From positions 62,001 to 126,000 of the forward strand of contig JAUCBJ010003790.1 in the NCBI GenBank assembly GCA_032718475.1: 64,000 nt of DNA, given 5' to 3'. Made by a program: the position numbers and the translations under genes. The notes under the pieces were generated by a model, which did no database searches, was not told where the DNA came from, and saw nothing but the letters and a program-made list of their open reading frames with translations. This document shows, one piece after another, positions 54,536 through 64,000 of this stretch (its first letter is position 1; each line of letters begins with the position of its first letter). The stretch is from Nemertoderma westbladi. Taxonomy: Eukaryota > Animalia > Xenacoelomorpha.

Positions 54536-57500
54536 GAATCCTCTTTCTTCTCCCTTCAGTTACCCTATAATGATATTGCTTGGGGCTGAAATCTCTTTCT
54601 ACTGGATAAAGGCAGTTATCCAATTCTACATACTCTGACAAGTCTCTCTCTTTAAAGTCCAATGGAGTATTATAAGCAGTTGCGCGTTCTTCCCATCTAA
54701 CACAAGTGATACCATCTGGCCAGAAAGATGGCTCCAAAAGATCTTGTTTACAGTTTCTCTCCATAATGAGCTTCATGTTTTTAATTCCATCAAAGATTCT
54801 TGTGGTTATACGGTGAATACGTGCCCCGCGATGTTCTACATAGGCGACAGTGTCTTCCTCTGTATGTTTGCAGTTGATACCATTTACAAAAAACACCTGT
54901 GATTCAAGTTGTTTTCTGCCATTATTTGAATTCCCCTTTTCTCTATGTGAGTCGTTTTCTTTTCTCTTAACATCATGTTTATCCATATCCCTACATGAAA
55001 AGTTGGTCTTTAAGTCTTTGTTCTTTGTTTCCATTTTATTATTCACTGTGACATTAATTGTGTTCAAATGTTGTTGTTTTGGAAGAGAGCTGGATTTTGT
55101 ATTTGTAACACTTTCGGTCCTTTCAGTCTGTTTTATCTCTGGTAAAGTGTACCTGTTAGAGACTGGTATCTGAAATGCGCGACTTCCGTTTTGATTAATG
55201 AAGTTAACGCGTTTCCTTGTGCAATTCTTTGACTTGACTATGGTATATTCCGGTTCTTTCTTCCCAAAGGTATCAAGAACCTCATTATCTGTATCACCTA
55301 TGGAATCAATCACTATGAAACAGTCATCTTGGGATCCCTTGATTGATGCTTGACATACATTCTGAGCAATAGTTACACTTGTAATTGGTTTTTCTTTCAT
55401 AGGCTGTGTCTGATTGTTATCTTTAGTACTCTCAACTTGTTGTTCAGCATTCCCTTTGATCAATTTTGTTAATGTTTCCATCTGATACTGAAGGACGTTT
55501 CTCAGCCTTCTTTCATGCTCTAATTCTTCACGTAGAAAACCCACTTCTTGCTTTAATGATGTTATATGAGTCTCTGTCTGGCTGAGTCTACCTTGGAGTA
55601 CGGCAGAGGAATTTATACATTCCTGATGGACATCCTCCAGAGTTGTGGACCCATCACTGTTGAGCTCCTTCCTTTTAAGCCGGCGCTTGCAGCATTCTGT
55701 GAAATTGTTTGATTCTTTGCATTTGTAGATCTCATAAATATCAGTGACCAGCTCCTTTAGTGCCGCCCTGGATCGTAGCTGCAATGTGACAGAGTTTGTT
55801 GGGGACATTAAAGATTTTATGTCAGTAAAAAATTGACTTCTCAAAACATTACATTCTTCAGTTGTGTACGTTTTCATCATCTGTTTAATCGCAAATTGTC
55901 GCGGTTGTTGCATGATCTGATGAAAAATTGATCCATCCGAAGTATTAATATGATTATTTTTCTGCTTATATCCAGGGTCTTCAGTGGAGTCAAAGGAACT
56001 TGTTTCCTGGTTTCCCAATGTATTTTGTAGTCGCTTAGTAGAAACCGAATCCATACTTAGACAGGAATTCTCCTTATTTTTATCGAAAGTATTTTGATAT
56101 CTTTTTTCTCCTCGTTGTATCTGAGAAAAACTAAAGATACCTGCAGATTCAATTAGTTTGCATTCTGTCAGGCATTCAAGAATCCACTTGCGTGCTTTCG
56201 CACTATCAAACACCACATCTGGGAGAACAACAGTATTTAAACCGCAGGCTAGAGCATATTAGCACACAAAAACTCCACAATCAATACTGTTTCTTTGTTT
56301 CGCGAATTTCCTTGTCGAGACAGCTGAAAACCAAATTTTTTTGTGTCTTTCTTCCGTTTCAGGAGACAGTTCATCAATTAATGCCAACAGTTTGCAGATT
56401 TCCTCAGTAGTGGCTGTAGGTACATTTATATTTAGTGAATCAATACATTCAACTTGCCTGGTCAGGGTATCAGCTATATGAAGTATAAAATGATTGCTCT
56501 GACATTCCGGGAAGAAAATATATCTTGGTTGAAGACCATCAGTATTAAATTTTCCATAATAAGCCTTTGCAATATACTTCACAGCACTTAAATTATCGTA
56601 GACTCGTGTCCCTTCAACCCAGTCCAAAGATTGTAATTTAGTTGTAAGACAGCAACTAACGTAGGAAGTGTGAGGAATGTTTCGTTCAACTAAACTTAGA
56701 AACCCCTCAAGTATGGAGTCAGTTAGCCAATCTCGGGTGTTAAGGAGATTTAAATCTGCAACTGATTGAAGAACAAGTCCCCTAGTACCAGGCTTAGCAT
56801 CAGAACAACATTGCAAATAATCCTTAATTGCCTTTGAGTTGTCATGTCGAAAATTTGATTGACTACAGGGATAGACTTCTACGTGACAGGCTTGATTGAA
56901 ATTCTTTGATCCCTCTACCAAGGCAGTTTCATGTTTCTCTTGATTTCCGGGACACTTACCAGCATAATGCGATGGCTGAAATGGAGCCACACCTGGGTCT
57001 AGTTGGTGTTGGTTTGATTTGTTTGCGCTCAAATTGGAAATCTCATACGAAATCTGATCCAGTGAACCAGAGACCAGCTCCCCATCCGGCTCCACCACAG
57101 CCCGATCCAATCCCAGATTTGTCGACCCAGAAGGTGAACCCTCGACCGGAGGAGAAGGAGGGTTGGATCCCGGAGATGGCGACCCGGAAGGTGAACTCTC
57201 AACTGGAGGAGATGGAGAAGGAGGGTTGGATCCCGGAGACGGCGACCCGGAAGGTGAACCCTCGACTGGAGGAGAAGCAGGGTTGGATCGCGGAGATGGC
57301 GACCCGGAAACGGAACCCTCGACTGGAGGAGAATGAGGGTTGGATCCCGGAGACGGCGACCCAGAAGGTGAACCCTCAACTGGAGGAGAAGGAGGGTTGG
57401 ATCCCGGAGATGGCGACCCGGAAGGTGAACCCTCGACTGGAGGAGAAGGAGGGTTGAATCCCGGAGATGGCGACCCAGAAGGTGAACCCTCGACTGGAGG

Positions 57501-58115
57501 AGATGGAGAAGGAGGGTTGGATCCCGGAGATGGCGACCCGGAAGCTGAACCCTCGACTGGAGGAGAAGGAGAATTGGATCCCGGAGATGGCGACCCGGAA
57601 GGTGAGCCCTCGACCGGAGGAGAAGGAGGGTTGGATCCCGGAGATGGCGACCCGGAAGCTGAACCCTCGACTGGAGGAGGAGGGTTGGATACCGGAGTCG
57701 GCGACCCGCAAGGTACCGGTATCTTCCTTAATCTCCAAGATCCGTCGTCTGCCAGATCCTCTATCTTATAGGGGTCAGCGGAGTGATCCTTCTTTACAGT
57801 TAACTGGGGAACACTTTCTGTGTTCTTGGGATCTCCGGGTTTACCCAATACTGGTAGTCCTACCTTGTGGTTGTACACAGCCGATTTCCTCCTAAGGCCA
57901 TCTGGTACCGTAACCGGTTGGCCTACCGATAACGATTGTCTCCGCTTTAAATCCGCCGATTTACTTGAGGTAACAGAGCTGTTTGCTTTTTTACCGGAGT
58001 TAGAGCAGAGGCCGCGTTTATTTGGCGCACAGTTTGTACATTTCCTTTGGTCGTTAACGCAGCTACATTTATTGCAACGTCCCCTTGTAGCGGAACAGAC
58101 GCAGCAAGGTGCCAT
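54528..58115 (-). CDS. LINE ORF1 (~1195 codons) split by one in-frame TAA: Cys-rich N-terminus, Pro/Ser repeat, Ulp1/C48 protease, coiled coil, RRM-like C-terminus
   Basis: The 618-aa and 562-aa ORFs share a frame: DCGVFVC*YALACGLNTVVLPDVVFDSAKARKW; WLTD, NHF, IDSL, QRNSIDCG; heptads near LSQTETHITSLKQEVGFLREEL; FWPDGITCVRW. Confidence 0.8.
57120..57710 (-). repeat. 60/66-bp coding tandem repeat in LINE ORF1
   Basis: ~10 copies of PPVEGSPSGSPSPGSNPPS. Confidence 0.93.
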
Positions 58116-60731
58116 AATAATCTCACGATATTGATAGGTTATAATATTTCAGCAGTATTAGTGCACAGACTTACCGTTACTCAATGTGTACGGGCACTTG
58201 TACTTGTTAAAATGGTACCGGATGGTACCAGATGGTACCGCAGTACCCCCTATTAATGGGAGATGGAACCCCAGTACCCCCTATTAATGGGAGATGGAAC
58301 CCCAGTACCCCCTATTAATGGGAGATGGTACCGCAGTACCCCCTATTAATGGGAGATGGTACCGCAGTACCCCCTATTAATGGGAGATGGTATCGCAGTA
58401 CCCCCTATTAATGGGAGATGGTATCGCAGTACCCCCTATTAATGGGAGATGGTACCGCAGTACCCCCTATTAATGGGAGATGGTACCACAGTACCCCCTA
58501 TTAATGGGAGACGGTACCGCGGTACCCCCTATTAATGGGAGATGGTACCACAGTACCCCCTATTAATGGGAGATGGTACCCCAGTACCACCTATTAATGG
58601 GAGATGGAACCCCAGTACCCCCTATTAATGGGAGATGGAACCCCAGTACCCCCTATTAATGGGAGATGGTACCGCAGTACCCCCTATTAATGGGAGATGG
58701 TACCGCAGTACCCCCTATTAATGGGAGATGGTACCCCAGTACCCCCTATTAATGGGAGATGGTACCCCAGTACCCCCTATTAATGGGAGACAGTACCGCG
58801 GTACCCCCTATTAATGGGAGATGGTACCGCAGTACCCCCTATTAATGAGAGATGGTACCGCAGTACCCCCTATTAATGGGAGATGGTACCCCAGTACCCC
58901 CTATTAATGGGAGATGGTACCCCAGTACCCCCTATTAATGGGAGATGGAACCCCAGTACCCCCTATTAATGGGAGATGGTACCCCAGTACCCCCTATTAA
59001 TGGGAGATGGTACCGCAGTACCCCCTATTAATGGGAGATGGAACCCCAGTACCCCCTATTAATGGGAGATGGTACCCCAGTACCACCTATTAATGGGAGA
59101 TGGAACCCCAGTACCCCCTATTAATGGGAGACGGTACCGCAGTACCCCCTATTAATGGGAGATGGAACCCCAGTACCCCCTATTAATGGGAGATGGTACC
59201 GCAGTACCCCCTATTAATGGGAGATGGTACCCCAGTACCCCTATTAATGGGAGATGGTACCGCAGTACCCCCTATTAATGGGAGATGGTACCCCAGTACC
59301 CCTATTAATGGGAGATGGAACCCCAGTACCCCCTATTAATGGGAGATGGTACCGCAGTACCCCCTATTAATGGGAGATGGTACCGCAGTACCCCCTATTA
59401 ATGGGAGATGGTACCGCAGTACCCCCTATTAATGGGAGATGGTACCCCAGTACCCCCTATTAATGGGAGATGGTACCGCAGTACCCCCTATTAATGGGAG
59501 AAGGTACCGCAGTACCCCCTATTAATGGGAGATGGTACCGCAGTACCCCCTATTAATGGGAGATGGTACCCCAGTACCCCCTATTAATGGGAGATGGTAC
59601 CGCAGTACCCCCTATTAATGGGAGATGGTACCCCAGTACCCCCTATTAATGGGAGATGGTACCGCAGTACCCCCTATTAATGGGAGATGGTACCCCAGTA
59701 CCCCCTATTAATGGGAGATGGTACACCAGTACCCCCTATTAATGGGAGATGGTACCGCAGTACCCCCTATTAATGGGAGATGGTACCTATTAATGGGAGA
59801 TGGAACCCCAGTACCCCCTATTAATGGGAGATGGTACCGCAGTACCCCCTATTAATGGGAGATGGTACCGCAGTACCCCCTATTAATGGGAGATGGTACC
59901 GCAGTACCCCCTATTAATGGGAGATGGTACCGCAGTACCCCCTATTAATGGGAGATGGTACCGCAGTACCCCCTATAAATGGGAGATGGTACCGCAGTAC
60001 CCCCTATTAATGGGAGATGGTACCGCAGTACCCCCTATTAATGGGAGATGGAACCCCAGTACCCCCTATTAATGGGAGATGGAACCCCAGTACCCCCTAT
60101 TAATGGGAGATGGTACCGCAGTACCCCCTATTAATGGGAGATGGTACCGCAGTACCCCCTATTAATGGGAGATGGTATCGCAGTACCCCCTATTAATGGG
60201 AGATGGTATCGCAGTACCCCCTATTAATGGGAGATGGTACCGCAGTACCCCCTATTAATGGGAGATGGTACCACAGTACCCCCTATTAATGGGAGACGGT
60301 ACCGCGGTACCCCCTATTAATGGGAGATGGTACCACAGTACCCCCTATTAATGGGAGATGGTACCCCAGTACCACCTATTAATGGGAGATGGAACCCCAG
60401 TACCCCCTATTAATGGGAGATGGAACCCCAGTACCACCTATTAATGGGAGATGGAACCCCAGTACCCCCTATTAATGGGAGATGGTACCGCAGTACCCCC
60501 TATTAATGGGAGATGGTACCGCAGTACCCCCTATTAATGGGAGATGGTACCCCAGTACCCCCTATTAATGGGAGATGGTACCCCAGTACCCCCTATTAAT
60601 GGGAGACAGTACCGCGGTACCCCCTATTAATGGGAGATGGTACCGCAGTACCCCCTATTAATGAGAGATGGTACCGCAGTACCCCCTATTAATGAGAGAT
60701 GGGAGATAAATTTACTGTTTGATTTACTTAC

Positions 60732-60880
60732 CTGGGTAAAATTGATAGCGTTCATTGGTTGGCCGTCCTTTTCTGTAACCAAAGCTTTGCCCTGTTCTCT
60801 AAGATAAATACTAGTACAATCGGCGATCACTTTGAGCCCTCCTTCAACTCGTACAAACAGAGCGAACATACACGCGAGGT
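60732..60880 (-). CDS. CUL3: Cullin-3 internal exon (equivalent to human exon 7), 149 nt
   Basis: TTCCTTCTAACAG|AC CTC GCG TGT ATG...ACC CAG|GTAAGT; with the phase-1 G from the previous exon gives DLACMFALFVRVEGGLKVIADCTSIYLREQGKALVTEKDGQPMNAINFTQ (YLREQGKALV is CUL3-typical). Confidence 0.92.
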
Positions 60881-62845
60881 CTGTTAGAAGGAAACAAATA
60901 GAGCGTAATACACGCGAGGTCTGTTAGAAGGAAACAAATAGAGCCGTACATACACGCGAGGTCTGTTAGAAGGAAACAAATAGAGCCGTACATACACGGG
61001 GGGTCTGTTAGAAGGAAACAAATAGAGCCGTACATACACGCGGGGTCTGTTAGAAGGAAACAAATAGAGGCGTACATACACGCGGGGTCTGTTAGAAGGA
61101 AACAAATAGAGCGTAATACACGCGAGGTCTGTTAGAAGGAAACAAATAGAGCCGTACATACACGGGGGGTCTGTTAGAAGGAAACAAATAGAGCGTAATA
61201 CACGCGAGGTCTGTTAGAAGGAAACAAATAGAGCCGTACATACACGGGGGGTCTGTTAGAAGGAAACAAATAGAGCCGTACATACACGCGGGGTCTGTTA
61301 GAAGGAAACAAATAGAGCCGTACATACACGCGGGGTCTGTTAGAAGGAAACAAATAGAGCGTAATACACGCGAGGTCTGTTAGAAGGAAACAAATAGAGC
61401 CGTACATACACGGGGGGTCTGTTAGAAGGAAACAAATAGAGCCGTACATACACGCGGGGTCTGTTAGAAGGAAACAAATAGAGCCGTACATACACGCGGG
61501 GTCTGTTAGAAGGAAACAAATAGAGTCGTACATACACACGGGGTCTGTTAGAAGGAAACAAACAGAGCCGTACATACACGGGGGGTCTGTTAGAAGGAAA
61601 CAAATAGAGCCGTACAAACACGCGGGGTCTGTTAGAAGGAAACAAATAGAGCCGTACATACACGCGGGGTCTGTTAGAAGGAAACAAATAGAGCCGTACA
61701 TACACGCGGGGTCTGTTAGAAGGAAACAAATAGAGTCGTACATACACACGGGGTCTGTTAGAAGGAAACAAACAGAGCCGTACATACACGGGGGGTCTGT
61801 TAGAAGGAAACAAATAGAGCCGTACATACACGGGGGGTCTGTTAGAAGGAAACAAATAGAGCCGTACATACACGCGGGGTCTGTTAGAAGGAAACAAATA
61901 GAGCCGTACATACACGGGGGGTCTGTTAGAAGGAAACAAATAGAGCCGTACATACACGCGGGGTCTGTTAGAAGGAAACAAATAGAGCCGTACATACACG
62001 GGGGGTCTGTTAGAAGGAAACAAACAGAGCGAACATACACACGGGGTCTGTTAGAAGGAAACAAATAGAGCCGTACATACACACGGGGTCTGTTAGAAGG
62101 AAACAAATAGAGCCGTACATACACGCGGGGTCTGTTAGAAGGAAACAAATAGAGCGTAATACACGCGAGGTCTGTTAGAAGGAAACAAATAGAGCCGTAC
62201 ATACACGGGGGGTCTGTTAGAAGGAAACAAATAGAGCCGTACATACACGGGGGGTCTGTTAGAAGGAAACAAATAGAGCCGTACATACACGGGGGGTCTG
62301 TTAGAAGGAAACAAACAGAGCGAACATACACGCGGGGTCTGTTAGAAGGAAACAAATAGAGCGTAATACACGCGAGGTCTGTTAGAAGGAAACAAATAGA
62401 GCCGTACATACACGCGGGGTCTGTTAGAAGGAAACAAATAGAGCCGTACATACACGGGGGGTCTGTTAGAAGGAAACAAATAGAGCCGTACATACACGCG
62501 GGGTCTGTTAGAAGGAAACAAATAGAGCCGTACATACACGCGGGGCCTGTTAGAAGGAAACAAATAGAGTCGTACATACACGCGGGGTCTGTTAGAAGGA
62601 AACAAATAGAGCCGTACATACACGGGGGGTCTGTTAGAAGGAAACAAATAGAGTCGTACATACACACGGGGTCTGTTAGAAGGAAACAAACAGAGCCGTA
62701 CATACACGGGGGGTCTGTTAGAAGGAAACAAACAGAGCGAACATACACGCGGGGTCTGTTAGAAGGAAACAAATAGAGCCGTACATACACGGGGGGTCTG
62801 TTAGAAGGAAACAAATAGAGCCGTACATACACACGGGGTCTGTTA
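60881..62845 (-). repeat. 40/41/42-bp minisatellite (~47 units) derived from the exon-7 acceptor plus exon start
   Basis: Sense unit TATTTGTTTCCTTCTAACAG|ACCCCGCGTGTATGTACGGCTC; matches 60859-60900. Confidence 0.97.
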
Positions 62846-62869
62846 TAACGAAAAGCTGTGTTTTTAAGG

Positions 62870-63466
62870 TACCAAACGTCACCCACCTCGCATCCCCGTT
62901 ACCCAAACGTCACCCACCTCGCATCCCCGTTACCCAAACGTCACCCACCTCGCATCCCCGTTACCCAAACGTCACCCACCTCGCATCCCCCTTACCCAAA
63001 CGTCACCCACCTCGCATCCCCGTTACCCAATCGTCACCCACCTCGCATCCCCGTTACCCAAACGTCACCCACCTCGCATCCCCGTTACCCAAACGTCACC
63101 CACCTCGCATCCCCGTTACCCAAACGTCACCCACCTCGCATCCCCGTTACCCAAACGTCACCCACCTCGCATCCCCCTTACCCAAACGTCACCCACCTCG
63201 CATCCCCGTTACCCAAACGTCACCCACCTCGCATCCCCGTTACCCAAATGTCACCCACCTCGCATCCCCCTTACCCAAACGTCACCCACCTCGCATCCCC
63301 GTTACCCAATCGTCACCCACCTCGCATCCCCGTTACCCAAACGTCACCCACCTCGCATCCCCGTTACCCAAACGTCACCCACCTCGCATCCCCGTTACCC
63401 AAACGTCACCCACCTCGCATCCCCGTTACCCAAACGTCACCCACCTCGCATCCCCGTTACCCAAAC
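62870..63466. repeat. 31-bp C-rich/G-rich minisatellite (~19 units)
   Basis: Unit cccaaacgtcacccacctcgcatccccgtta. Confidence 0.96.
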
Positions 63467-63519
63467 ACCACCCACCCCCCAACACCTACACCCAAGATGG
63501 ATTAACTAAACCAACAAAC

Positions 63520-63748
63520 CTTGCGTTTTATTGTATTTCAACATATGAACGACGCCACTGTTCTCCATATCGACTATCGCCTTCATATGTTTGCTAATTA
63601 ATTCATCTTCTAGAACTTTAGTAATTCTCTCCTCTGTACTTTTATCAAGGTAATGTTTCGCTCTGTCTTGCTCTTCCAGTATTCTCGCCTCCACCTTCTG
63701 GATGTAAACCGATGCGCAGTTCTCTGATAAAAAGTTCTGACTCTCCGC
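63520..63748 (-). CDS. CUL3: Cullin-3 internal exon (equivalent to human exon 6), 229 nt
   Basis: Minus strand TTTATGACAG|GCG...CAA G|GTTTGT; translates [70 protein letters not shown]; the MENSG.VHML motif is typical of CUL3; ends in phase 1. Confidence 0.93.
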
Positions 63749-63786
63749 CTGTCATAAACACACAAACAAATTACTACAATCCACCC

Positions 63787-64000
63787 TAGAATTCCCGACT
63801 CTGACTCAATAAAGGAACCATAATAGACCCAGAATTACCTATACTGACTCAATAAAGGAACCACAATACAATTCCCGACTCTGACTCAATAAAGGAACCA
63901 TAATAGACCCACCCACCTGGTAGAATTCCCTATACTGACTGATCTATTGTGGTTCCTTTATTGAGTCAGAGTCGGGAATTCTACCAGGTCTATTGTGGTT
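63787..64000. repeat. ~40-50-bp repeat with an orientation switch at ~63941, truncated by the window end
   Basis: attcccgactctgactcaataaaggaacca copies at 63791 and 63871; reverse-complement copy at ~63950-63980. Confidence 0.85.

Larger units (their letters stand above)
50741..58229 (-). mobile_element. Near full-length non-LTR retrotransposon (APE-RT LINE, clade uncertain, possibly RTEX-like), same sense as CUL3
   Basis: ORF1 plus ORF2, ~100-nt 5' leader, ~620-nt 3' UTR ending AATAAA, GC hairpin and AATCT-type tail; both ends abut the 31-bp satellite. Confidence 0.9.
24562..60700. repeat. 31-bp minisatellite (~17.5 kb net, ~570 units) interrupted by three large insertions
   Basis: Unit attaatgggagatggtacc(g/c)cagtaccccct; segments 24562-28006, 36100-42452, 45406-50740 and ~58230-60700. 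Confidence 0.97.

Noticed and set aside
56906-57895. Plus-strand acidic repeat ORFs
   Set aside because: Antisense shadows of the LINE ORF1 coding repeat
61174-62886. 570-aa Cys-rich ORF and overlapping ORFs
   Set aside because: Translations of the 42-bp intronic minisatellite; no independent gene features
62858-63505. 215-aa Pro/His-rich ORF
   Set aside because: Translation of the 31-bp C-rich repeat cycling through frames

Overview
Eukaryotic (animal-like) genomic DNA. The window holds five internal exons of a cullin-3 gene on the minus strand (63520-63748, 60732-60880, 24054-24230, 15382-15552, 292-399; 834 coding nt in total). All have GT-AG boundaries and splice into one open frame, and their sizes and phases match human CUL3 exons 6-10 as I recall them. 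Every intron is almost entirely filled by its own minisatellite (27, 32/36, 37, 31, 42, 31 and ~45 bp units). At least three arrays are tandem amplifications of the gene's own exon-intron junctions: ~400 copies of the exon-9 end plus donor, ~47 copies of the exon-7 acceptor plus exon start, and a probable exon-5 end plus donor array. In the two fully visible cases, use of any decoy splice site gives a premature stop. A fourth array (31 bp) matches TTAA plus the terminal inverted repeat of a Kolobok-like element nested in the same intron. Inserted in the arrays are a BEL/Pao LTR retrotransposon, a non-autonomous hAT carrying the TTAA element, a Helitron/Helentron-like element, an RTE-like fragment, and a near full-length APE-RT LINE whose ORF1 carries a Ulp1/C48 protease domain. 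All calls are by eye; no database searches were run and copy numbers are estimates (span divided by unit length).
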